Source: a virus
Taxonomy: Duplodnaviria > Caudoviricetes
Length of the DNA stretch: 37,301 nucleotides
IMG/VR virus record: IMGVR_UViG_3300016478_000029
Coordinates: 1 to 37,301 of that record
Strand: one strand, 5' to 3'
Shown: positions 8,992 to 16,862 of the stretch, piece after piece
Layout of the letters: each line of letters starts with the position of its first letter
Numbering within the stretch: position 1 is the stretch's first letter
Translations under genes and position numbers: made by a program
The notes under the pieces: model-generated
The model's database searches: none
What the model was told of the DNA's origin: nothing
The model's input: only the letters and a program-made list of their open reading frames with translations

Positions 8992-9648
8992 TTAAACTCC
9001 TTGTGAATGTTTCATGATACGGATAACTTTAGCCATTTTTGCACCGTGAGCAGGGTATGCAATAGTGGCTACGTTTTTATCCCAGCAAGCCCGGCATCCG
9101 TCGCATTTACCGCTGCGTTGGTATGCTTCGCAGACTGTAACGCCTAACGGTGCATTGTCTGCATCGGGAATGATAACGCTACCATGCACCCAAGTATCAA
9201 ACGTACCGTCAACTGTATCGGCACTAGGGCGTACCATAACATTGTCCAATGCCTGCATATCGGCTAACACCTGCGAAAACTTAGGAAATTTATGCATGCG
9301 TGTAGGTAGCCAATGCTTACACCACGGTGTACGCTGCATAACCTGCAAAATCTTTTCAGCCAATCCTAATGCGTACATGTCGCCACTATCAAACCAGCGA
9401 AAGTAACGGCTAGAATCTAAGGATGCAACCATATCGTCAACCCAGCGATCACGCTTCCAGTCTTGTTTGTTGAACGCTCGCGGGGCTTTCACGTTCGGGT
9501 AATTATAGTTTCCCGTAGTGGCATAACACCCGCTGCAAGCTGCAACCAATGAACCATTAGCACCTATTGCACCCGGACATGTTTCAATGGCCTGCAGCGA
9601 CCATGATAGGATACCGTCAAGTTTGCTTGTTTTCGATAGTTTGATCAT
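8992..9648 (-). CDS. GP88-like (gene product 88 family) Cys-rich protein
   Basis: TCPG..ACSGCYA, FRWFDSGD, HWLPTR and C-terminal KCDGCRACW. Confidence 0.75.
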   Translation of the reverse strand: MIKLSKTSKLDGILSWSLQAIETCPGAIGANGSLVAACSGCYATTGNYNYPNVKAPRAFNKQDWKRDRWVDDMVASLDSSRYFRWFDSGDMYALGLAEKILQVMQRTPWCKHWLPTRMHKFPKFSQVLADMQALDNVMVRPSADTVDGTFDTWVHGSVIIPDADNAPLGVTVCEAYQRSGKCDGCRACWDKNVATIAYPAHGAKMAKVIRIMKHSQGV

Positions 9649-9662
9649 GTTAGGCCCCTTGT

Positions 9663-9737
9663 TCAGTATGCAAGCATTACACCGATTGCAGCGAATACTG
9701 CGAATGTCAGAATCATATAGATTGTGTCTTGTTTCAT
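9663..9737 (-). CDS. 24-aa hydrophobic peptide, first early ORF
   Basis: MKQDTIYMILTFAVFAAIGVMLAY; AAGGT RBS; lies just downstream of a promoter. Confidence 0.55.
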   Translation of the reverse strand: MKQDTIYMILTFAVFAAIGVMLAY

Positions 9738-9774
9738 TGTCTGCACCTTGTTAGGTTTTGTTGAACATGGGTGC

Positions 9775-9802
9775 ATTGTATCGCATAACATAGCCTTGTC
9801 CA
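9775..9802 (-). promoter_or_regulatory. Sigma70-like early promoter
   Basis: TGGACA-16-TACAAT on the minus strand, upstream of the early operon. Confidence 0.6.
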
Positions 9803-9826
9803 TCTACTTTACAATTCTTTACATTT

Positions 9827-9842
9827 CTGTATGGATGTACAG
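9827..9842. promoter_or_regulatory. LexA (SOS) box 1
   Basis: CTGT-ATGGATGT-ACAG. The reverse complement CTGTACATCCATACAG matches the E. coli sulA operator core as I recall it. Confidence 0.8.
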
Positions 9843-9871
9843 TATTTTATGCCTTGTCTGCCTTGTCTGTG

Positions 9872-9900
9872 TTGACTACTGTATGTCTGTACAGTACTGT
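9872..9900 (+). promoter_or_regulatory. Putative LexA-repressed sigma70 promoter
   Basis: TTGACT-17-TACTGT; box 2 fills the spacer and box 3 covers the -10 element. Confidence 0.5.
9877..9896. promoter_or_regulatory. LexA (SOS) box 2
   Basis: TACTGTATGTCTGTACAGTA, a full TACTGT-N8-ACAGTA site. Confidence 0.85.
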
Positions 9901-9914
9901 ATAGAATGTCAGTA
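9895..9914. promoter_or_regulatory. LexA (SOS) box 3
   Basis: TACTGTATAGAATGTCAGTA (CTG-N10-CAG), sharing a TA with box 2. Confidence 0.65.
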
Positions 9915-9945
9915 GGGGCACCTTCACCGTCACTCACGCCTACCC

Positions 9946-10005
9946 TGTGGATAACCTGTGGATAACTATGATGACCTGCATAGTCTGTGGATAACCTGTG
10001 GATAA
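9946..10005 (-). promoter_or_regulatory. Four perfect DnaA boxes (TTATCCACA)
   Basis: TGTGGATAA at 9946, 9957, 9986 and 9997, forming two copies of CTGTGGATAACCTGTGGATAACT. Confidence 0.85.
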
Positions 10006-10172
10006 CTTTCATGGCTGCGTAGAAACAGGGCCGGGGGAGGGGGTTGTCGCTGTTGATAAATTGTTGCACCCTCTTAGATACAAAAAAGGGTAGATTTAAC
10101 AGATCATTAATGAATTATTAAAGAACTTAAAAGCACATTAAATACACCTTAAATTACATAGTCAAAAAAGAC

Positions 10173-10201
10173 TTGACAAACCTCTAAAAACCTGTTAACA
10201 T
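10173..10201 (+). promoter_or_regulatory. Sigma70 promoter
   Basis: TTGACA-17-TAACAT with an extended TG, upstream of ORF 10233. Confidence 0.7.
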
Positions 10202-10232
10202 CAAGGCATCGAGTAACTTTTAAAGGATTAAC

Positions 10233-10598
10233 ATGACAACAACACAACTGGATGAAAAAATAATGAAACAGAAGTGGTACAGTAAGAAGGCCAGCACTAA
10301 GAACAGGGTAGACAAGAATGGAAATCCTATAGAGTTTTTATTGACCTTTGAAGACTACTATGACCTGTATAACACCTTTGGTAAGTACCCGTCAGCTACC
10401 CATGTGTTATGTAGAAAAGATGACCTTGGTCACTATGAAAAAGATAACGTGTACGTTGCTCACTATTTAGATAACCTGTCAGAAGCTCATGGATTAACAA
10501 GTGATCTAGATAAAAAGATCAATGAGTACTGTAAAAAAACTGGTTATAAGCGAAGGATTGTTAAAAGCATGTTGAAGAGAAACGAGCTAGTGTTGTAA
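10233..10598 (+). CDS. HNH-like endonuclease-related protein
   Basis: IEFLLTFEDY...LCRKDDLGHYEKDNV...N pattern; AAGGA RBS; AT-rich. Confidence 0.55.
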   Translation: MTTTQLDEKIMKQKWYSKKASTKNRVDKNGNPIEFLLTFEDYYDLYNTFGKYPSATHVLCRKDDLGHYEKDNVYVAHYLDNLSEAHGLTSDLDKKINEYCKKTGYKRRIVKSMLKRNELVL

Positions 10599-10658
10599 AA
10601 AAACTACATAGGTGTTGACAAGCAGAATCCTCACAGAACCCCTATGTAGGGTATAACA

Positions 10659-10687
10659 TGTACAGTTAAGGAAAAATATGCTAGAAT
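10659..10687 (+). promoter_or_regulatory. Possible promoter for the packaging/structural operon
   Basis: TGTACA-17-TAGAAT with an extended TG. Confidence 0.4.
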
Positions 10688-10855
10688 AAGTGTACTGTAA
10701 AGAAAACAGCTACTATATAGACTATGACGGTGGGTTCATAGACTCTGTGCTACTTCTAGTTGGTTTATTAATTATAATTAAAATAACTAGAGTTCGATGA
10801 CTGCACTGTTAGTATGATGTTTCTTCATAACCTATATAGATAACATAGGACACTT

Positions 10856-11305
10856 ATGAACAACGAAGAAAACAATGAAGCAGCATCGCTGCAACAAGTT
10901 AGTAATCCTTCATCTGTTAATCCCTTAGCGAAGCGTGGCAGAGGACGACCAAAGAAGAGTGAGATTGCAGCCGCGAAGAAGCGCCCTGTTGGACGACCAA
11001 AGGGAGATGCTTCAGCTATCGAGGAATTCAAAGCTCGTTTAATTGCTTCACCGAAGAGTAAACTAGTCTTTGATACAATCCTTGATGCAGCGTTGGATGA
11101 TGAACACAAGAATCAAGCTGCTGCGTGGAAACTGTTAGTTGATCGTCTGCTTCCCATGTCGTATTTTGAGAAGGATAAAAACGGAGGAGGTCGTCCTTCT
11201 GTTAACATCACTATCAGTGGCATCGGGGGTTCGGTGAATATTGGCGAGGGCGGCGATGAAAACGAGGATGATGATTCCTCACAGAACGACTACATAGATG
11301 TCTAA
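10856..11305 (+). CDS. Terminase small subunit (putative)
   Basis: AT-hook-like RGRGRPKK and VGRPKG; QAAAWKLLVDRLLP helix; position upstream of terL. Confidence 0.75.
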   Translation: MNNEENNEAASLQQVSNPSSVNPLAKRGRGRPKKSEIAAAKKRPVGRPKGDASAIEEFKARLIASPKSKLVFDTILDAALDDEHKNQAAAWKLLVDRLLPMSYFEKDKNGGGRPSVNITISGIGGSVNIGEGGDENEDDDSSQNDYIDV

Positions 11306-11615
11306 TTATCGTTACCCGCTAATACCCGTTATCATTGTTCCTTATGCTGTCGTTAAACTAGAACCCCACGCTGGTGTATTATGGGTTCACTGTACTGTCA
11401 CCGATTTCTCCAAGAGCATCTTCAAAGATATGGATGTTCAGTGGAGAATCCTGACAGAACACCTACAGCAAGACCTCTACGTGTTATACGATCCTTCCGT
11501 TAACACACCATCTAAAAAGTATATTGAACATTTCGGTTTTCGTTATCTTAAAACAATAGAACACGAGAATAAAGAATACCAAATTTGGAAAAGGGATAAA
11601 CTATGGGCGGCGTAG
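11298..11615 (+). CDS. Hypothetical protein, possibly GNAT-fold
   Basis: WVHCTV...KYIEHFGFRY resembles the GNAT C-terminal motif. Confidence 0.5.
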   Translation: MSNYRYPLIPVIIVPYAVVKLEPHAGVLWVHCTVTDFSKSIFKDMDVQWRILTEHLQQDLYVLYDPSVNTPSKKYIEHFGFRYLKTIEHENKEYQIWKRDKLWAA

Positions 11616-12517
11616 TATCTGACATTGGAAATGCTGTTGGCGATGTCGTCGGTGGCGTTGTAGGCGGTGTAAAAGACGTTGTTAGCAATGCCGTTGATAC
11701 CGGCGTTGGTCTTATCAATGATATTCCTGTTGTCGGTAACATTGCCGACAATGTGCTAGGCCTCGATCCTAACGGAGGTGGTATTGTCCCTATTGTTAAA
11801 GATGTAGGAACAGCCGCTGCATTAAGTGGCCTAGGAAGTGCTGTCGGTGGTCTGTTAACTGGCAGTACAGCTGTCGGTGCTGGAGCCGCTGCTGATGCTT
11901 CTTTTATCGCTGCTGACGCCGCACAGCTGGCAGCACAGGGGATCGGTGAGTCTCAGATCGGTGAAATCCTAGCGTCTTCTGGTGTTTCTTCTGGCGCTGC
12001 TAGTCTTGCTGCTTCTATGGCAACCAATGGTGTGTCAGAAGGGTTGATGACAGACCAACTAACCAACTTGTCATCTAACACAGGTCTGCTTACTCAGTCG
12101 TCTGACGCTAATGCTGTTGCCGAAATAGGACAAGCTGACGCTTCTCAGTTGGCAGCACAAACAAACAATAACGTAGCTGCTATCGAGCAAAACCTTGTTG
12201 CTGCTGGCTATGACCCTCTGGAAGCTGCTTCGATGGCTCAAAATGCTGTTTTAGCGTCTTCTTCGCCAACGGTGGATATGTACAAGAAGTTCTCTGACTA
12301 CATGCAGCAGAACCCGTCTGTAGCTAATAAGCTGGCTGGTGTACAGCAAGCGCCCACAACGACAACAACAGCGCAACCTGTGACAACAAATGTTATCCAA
12401 CAACAGCCTCAAGACGGTGGATTCTATGTTCCTTTTGGTGGAACAGGTCTTGAGAACCCCTTTGCTCGTTCCGCTAAAGAACGTCAGAGTCTAGTTGGTT
12501 CGATTTTCGGTTTTTAA
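11603..12517 (+). CDS. Gly/Ala-rich putative internal virion protein
   Basis: Glycine-zipper N-terminus MGGVVSDIGNAVGDVVGG; internally repeated ADAxQLAAQ units. Confidence 0.55.
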   Translation: MGGVVSDIGNAVGDVVGGVVGGVKDVVSNAVDTGVGLINDIPVVGNIADNVLGLDPNGGGIVPIVKDVGTAAALSGLGSAVGGLLTGSTAVGAGAAADASFIAADAAQLAAQGIGESQIGEILASSGVSSGAASLAASMATNGVSEGLMTDQLTNLSSNTGLLTQSSDANAVAEIGQADASQLAAQTNNNVAAIEQNLVAAGYDPLEAASMAQNAVLASSSPTVDMYKKFSDYMQQNPSVANKLAGVQQAPTTTTTAQPVTTNVIQQQPQDGGFYVPFGGTGLENPFARSAKERQSLVGSIFGF

Positions 12518-12520
12518 TCT

Positions 12521-13771
12521 ATGGCTGATCTAAAAATTGATCTACTTCCGTGGCAGCAAAAAGTTTGGAATGACCAGCATCGTTTCAAAGTGGTTGCAGC
12601 AGGCCGACGAACGGGAAAAAGTAGGTTGGCAGCGTATCTCCTCATTGTATATGCACTGCAAGCCGACAAAGGACACGTCTTCTACGTTGCTCCTACCCAA
12701 GGACAGGCGCGTGACATCATGTGGCAGACGCTGCTAGAGGTTGGGCATCCTGTTATTTCCGGCTCGCACATCAACAACTTGCAAATACGCCTCATCAACG
12801 GTGCCACCATTTCTCTTAAGGGTGCTGATCGCCCTGAGACAATGCGCGGTGTGTCGTTAAAGTTCCTCGTTATGGACGAGTATGCCGACATGAAGCCCGA
12901 GGTGTGGGAACAAATCTTGCGTCCTGCGCTGGCTGACCAGAAGGGTGATGCTCTATTCATCGGCACTCCGATGGGTCGTAACCACTTTTATGACCTCTAT
13001 CAGCACGCTGGTAAGGGCGATGACCCAACATTCACATCATTTCACTTCACATCCTTTGATAATCCCTTGTTAGACCCCAACGAAATCGAGGCAGCTAAGA
13101 AAAGCATGTCTTCTTTTGCGTTTCGTCAGGAATTTATGGCTTCATTTGAGGCTCAGGGAGGTGATTTATTCAAAGAAGAGTGGATTAAGTTTGACGAAGA
13201 GGAACCCGATCGTGGAGATTATTACATTGCTATCGACTTGGCAGGCTTTGATGATGGAACCAAATCCTCTAAGAGTAAGCGGTTGGACAACAGTGCTATT
13301 GCTGTCGTCAAAGCCAACGAAGATGGGTGGTATGTTCAAGAAATCATCTATGGTCGGTGGGAAGTAAAGCAGACGGCTAAGAAAATATTTGATGTTGTTC
13401 AGAAGTATGAGCCGGTAGCGGTGGGTATTGAACGTGGTATTGCCCGTCAAGCTGTTATGCCCTACCTGACAGACATCATGAAGCGTCAACAAACCTTCTT
13501 CCGAGTGGACGAGTTGTCTCATGGTAACAAGAAGAAAACAGATCGTATCGTCTGGGCACTTCAGGGTCGCTTTGAGAACAAACAAATCGTCTTGAATAAA
13601 GGTGACTGGAACTACGAATTCCTCGATGAACTGTTCCAATTCCCAAACCCGATGGTGCACGATGACTTGATCGATGCTCTGTCATACATCGAACAACTCG
13701 CTAAAGTGTCTTATGCCCTCGACTACGAAGAAGAGGACTATGAGATGATAGATAACGTGTCAGGATACTAA
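12521..13771 (+). CDS. terL: Terminase large subunit
   Basis: Walker A AGRRTGKS, Walker B LVMDE, GTP coupling motif; nuclease IDLA and HDDLIDA. Confidence 0.97.
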   Translation: MADLKIDLLPWQQKVWNDQHRFKVVAAGRRTGKSRLAAYLLIVYALQADKGHVFYVAPTQGQARDIMWQTLLEVGHPVISGSHINNLQIRLINGATISLKGADRPETMRGVSLKFLVMDEYADMKPEVWEQILRPALADQKGDALFIGTPMGRNHFYDLYQHAGKGDDPTFTSFHFTSFDNPLLDPNEIEAAKKSMSSFAFRQEFMASFEAQGGDLFKEEWIKFDEEEPDRGDYYIAIDLAGFDDGTKSSKSKRLDNSAIAVVKANEDGWYVQEIIYGRWEVKQTAKKIFDVVQKYEPVAVGIERGIARQAVMPYLTDIMKRQQTFFRVDELSHGNKKKTDRIVWALQGRFENKQIVLNKGDWNYEFLDELFQFPNPMVHDDLIDALSYIEQLAKVSYALDYEEEDYEMIDNVSGY

Positions 13772-13772
13772 T

Positions 13773-14237
13773 ATGAACTGCCCTCCTTCAATAATTAGCA
13801 ACAAGGTAAACATTCGTCACCATTTGTCCACTGTTGCAGAACACGGTCTTGGCCCTGCTAACCCAAAAGAGAGCAACGATCAGTTTTGGCAGGACAAAGC
13901 AGCTATCTGGGGCGGTACAGAAGGTGATGCTCGTGGTCGTTTGTGTGCCAACTGTGAGCATTACATCGCCACCACGTTCATCAAAAACTGCATTGATGAC
14001 AACGAGGCTGTAGATTTCAAGACATCGATGGTTGATCCGTCGTTTATTGATATTGAAAGTAAGCCTGTTGCTTGGTGTTCACTGTACGACATCACTTGTT
14101 CTCCTACACGCACCTGCGATAGCCAAGAACCCGGTGGCCCTATTGATGATCTGAAGATGAAAGCTCTAGAAATGGCTAAACAGGCCAGCGAAGAGTACGA
14201 TTTTGAAGATTTTCCCTTTGATAGTTCTATTGACTAA
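13773..14237 (+). CDS. Cys-rich hypothetical protein
   Basis: GPANP, CANC...WC..ITC...TCD. Confidence 0.7.
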   Translation: MNCPPSIISNKVNIRHHLSTVAEHGLGPANPKESNDQFWQDKAAIWGGTEGDARGRLCANCEHYIATTFIKNCIDDNEAVDFKTSMVDPSFIDIESKPVAWCSLYDITCSPTRTCDSQEPGGPIDDLKMKALEMAKQASEEYDFEDFPFDSSID

Positions 14238-14245
14238 GGACGAAC

Positions 14246-16219
14246 ATGGAAGAACAAAACAATTACCCAGATCAGAAACTAGAATCATGGGTCATGGACA
14301 AGGTGGAGTCGTGGACTGATCACTACAATGGCTCCTACCGCGATAAATTCGACGAATACTACCGTCTGTGGCGCGGTATTTGGGACGCTTCTGATCGTAC
14401 CCGAGACAGCGAGCGTAGTCGTCTCATTTCGCCTGCTCTGCAACAAGCTGTTGAGAGTTCTGTGGCTGAAGTGGAAGAAGCTACGTTTGGTCGTGGTCAA
14501 TGGTTTGACATCCGTGACGATGTTGCCGATCAAAACCCACAAGACATCGCTGTTCTACGCAAAAAGCTGACAGAAGACTTCAACTTCACCAAGACACGCA
14601 AGGCTGTTGCTGAGTGTTTGCTGAACGCTGCTGTGTTTGGCACTGGTATTGGTGAGTTGGTGTTGGAAGAGATTGATGATCTTACCCCTGCATCGCAACC
14701 TGTAATGGACGGCGCACTGAAGGCGGTGGGTGTTAACAAGCGTAAGCGCGTGGTTGTTAAGCTGCGCCCTATCATGCCTCAGAACTTCCTGATCGACCCC
14801 GTAGCGTCGTCTATCGAGGAGTCTATCGGTGTTGTTATTGACGAATACGTTCCAAAACACCAAGTTGAATTGAATATTCAGAATGGCATCTACAATGATG
14901 TAACGCTGGATGTGGCTAACACAGATTCTAAGCTGGAACCCGACCAAGACTTGACGATGTACACTGAGGATAAGGTACGTCTAACCAAGTATTACGGACT
15001 TGTTCCCCGTCATCTCTTCGTTGATGCAACTACCGAGAAAGACTCAGAAGAGCAGGACACCAGCGACCTGACCGAAGGCGAAACAGATAAAGAAACTGGC
15101 TATGTTGAGGCCATCGTTATCGTCGCTAACGGTGGTGCGCTGCTCAAGGTGGAAGAATCTCCCTTCATGATGCAGGATCGCCCTGTTGTTGCTTTCCCGT
15201 GGGACGTTGTTCCGGGTCGCTTCTGGGGTCGTGGTGTCTGCGAGAAGGGTTATAACAGCCAGAAGGCCTTGGATGCTGAGTTGCGTGCTCGTATCGATGC
15301 TCTGGCCCTTACCGTACACCCAATGATCGCTATGGATGCATCTCGTATGCCTCGTGGCTCTAAGTTGGAGGTTCGTCCGGGTAAAACCATCTTGACCAAC
15401 GGCAACCCAGCAGAGATTCTGCAGCCCTTCAAGTTTGGTAGTCTTGATCAGGTGACTTTTGCTCAAGCCGGTGAACTGCAGAAGATGGTGCAGATGGCTA
15501 CTGGCGCTATCGACGCAGCTGGCATCCCCGGCAGCATCAATGGCGAGGCAGCTGCTGGTGCTGTTTCCATGTCTCTGGGTGCGATTATCAAGCGTCACAA
15601 GCGCACGCTGATCAATTTCCAAGAGAGTTTCTTGATTCCGATGATCGAGAAGACGGCGTGGCGTTACATGCAATACTCGCCGGAGGAATATCCTGTCAGT
15701 GATTACCGTTTTGTGCCTTCTTCCTCGCTGGGTGTTATTGCTCGTGAGTATGAAGTAACTCAGTTGGTGCAACTTTTGCAAACACTGGGTCAAGATAGCC
15801 CGATGTACCCGATGTTGGTGGAAGCTGTTATCGAAAATATGTCGATCAGCAACCGCGACGAACTAAAGGCCAAGTTGCAACAGATCAACCAACCGACTCC
15901 CGAAGCAGCTGCAGCGCAACAGCAGCAGATGCAGGTTCAGATGGCTCAGATGCAGGCTCAAATGGCTGTTCTGCAAGCTCAAGCTCAGAAGTATCAAGCC
16001 GAGGCTCAGAAGACAATGGTTGAGGCTCAGTTGGAACCTCAAGTTGTTCAGGCTAAGTTGGCAGCTGCCATCTCCACCAATTTGCAAGCTGGTAACGCCG
16101 ATGACGCTGAGTTTGCTAAACGGGCGAAGATGGCTGAACTGATGCTCAAAGAACAGGATATTAAGAGTAACGAGCGTATCGCTATGGCTCAAATGGCTAC
16201 GAAGCGTTCAGTTCAATAA
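14246..16219 (+). CDS. Portal protein
   Basis: 657 aa, after terL; FGTGIG and FWGRG motifs; Q-rich C-terminal helical barrel. Confidence 0.92.
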   Translation: MEEQNNYPDQKLESWVMDKVESWTDHYNGSYRDKFDEYYRLWRGIWDASDRTRDSERSRLISPALQQAVESSVAEVEEATFGRGQWFDIRDDVADQNPQDIAVLRKKLTEDFNFTKTRKAVAECLLNAAVFGTGIGELVLEEIDDLTPASQPVMDGALKAVGVNKRKRVVVKLRPIMPQNFLIDPVASSIEESIGVVIDEYVPKHQVELNIQNGIYNDVTLDVANTDSKLEPDQDLTMYTEDKVRLTKYYGLVPRHLFVDATTEKDSEEQDTSDLTEGETDKETGYVEAIVIVANGGALLKVEESPFMMQDRPVVAFPWDVVPGRFWGRGVCEKGYNSQKALDAELRARIDALALTVHPMIAMDASRMPRGSKLEVRPGKTILTNGNPAEILQPFKFGSLDQVTFAQAGELQKMVQMATGAIDAAGIPGSINGEAAAGAVSMSLGAIIKRHKRTLINFQESFLIPMIEKTAWRYMQYSPEEYPVSDYRFVPSSSLGVIAREYEVTQLVQLLQTLGQDSPMYPMLVEAVIENMSISNRDELKAKLQQINQPTPEAAAAQQQQMQVQMAQMQAQMAVLQAQAQKYQAEAQKTMVEAQLEPQVVQAKLAAAISTNLQAGNADDAEFAKRAKMAELMLKEQDIKSNERIAMAQMATKRSVQ

Positions 16220-16760
16220 ACTCTGCGATGGCCCAGTGTTCGTCCGCTGTGCCATCGTTTTTAATCCTATTAGCCCGCTGAGAAACGATAAAGACATTGC
16301 CCTTCACATAACCTCGCTCAGGGATAAGACAGTCAAACGAAGGGCTGTTGTCTGAAATCTCTTCATTGAAGTAGTTTAGTTCAATGTTGAGAATAGGGCA
16401 ATGAGAAGGAAACTCTAAATCACCAAATTCAATATCCCATGCTTTGCCGATTCGAGTTGCATTCGCTTTCTTTTGTCGAAACTTCTCTCGCATCGTCTGA
16501 TAAACATAGGATTTACGTAGATCGGCATCTTTCCAGTTAACACCCCATTTAGCAATCATCCTATCTGCATGTGCATTTTCTTCGTTTTTAGCGCGAATAG
16601 AACGAGCACTGATTTTAAGTTTTTTGCAGATTTGAGATACACGTTGTTTTGATACCTTGAAGTCGATTGCTTCTTGGATTTCAGAGTAACGCTTACCCTG
16701 CGCTGCCAGTGTACAGATAGTGTTAAGGTCTTCTTGGGTTAGTGTAGGTCTAAATACCAT
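16197..16760 (-). CDS. HTH plus HNH-like endonuclease, antisense insertion
   Basis: YSEIQEAIDFKVSKQRVSQI helix-turn-helix; CPIL...PSFD..PERGYVKGNV..S.RANRIK; AAGGAG RBS. Confidence 0.75.
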   Translation of the reverse strand: MVFRPTLTQEDLNTICTLAAQGKRYSEIQEAIDFKVSKQRVSQICKKLKISARSIRAKNEENAHADRMIAKWGVNWKDADLRKSYVYQTMREKFRQKKANATRIGKAWDIEFGDLEFPSHCPILNIELNYFNEEISDNSPSFDCLIPERGYVKGNVFIVSQRANRIKNDGTADEHWAIAEFIELNAS

Positions 16761-16783
16761 AGGTTCTCCTTGTTAAAACGCTT

Positions 16784-16812
16784 ATTGTAGCATATGAAAC
16801 ATGGTAAGTCAA
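16784..16812 (-). promoter_or_regulatory. Sigma70 promoter of the antisense gene
   Basis: TTGACT-17-TACAAT with an extended TG. Confidence 0.75.
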
Positions 16813-16862
16813 CCTTAAGTGTTGTAAAATAGAGACATCTCTCCAAAAGAAAGGAAAAAGAG

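Noticed and set aside
9945-10007. Two 23-bp repeats with a spacer as a mini-CRISPR array
   Set aside because: Spacer only about 17 bp, only two units, and each repeat is itself two DnaA boxes.
9724-10069. ORFs 9724..9915 and 9809..10069
   Set aside because: They cross the operator/origin region, lack convincing RBS and have atypical composition.
10695-10709. CTGTAAAGAAAACAG as a fourth SOS box
   Set aside because: Spacer is 7 rather than 8 bp.
15044-15793. 249-aa antisense ORF in the portal gene (similar ones at 26982 and 28366)
   Set aside because: Fully nested opposite well-supported genes; no independent signals.
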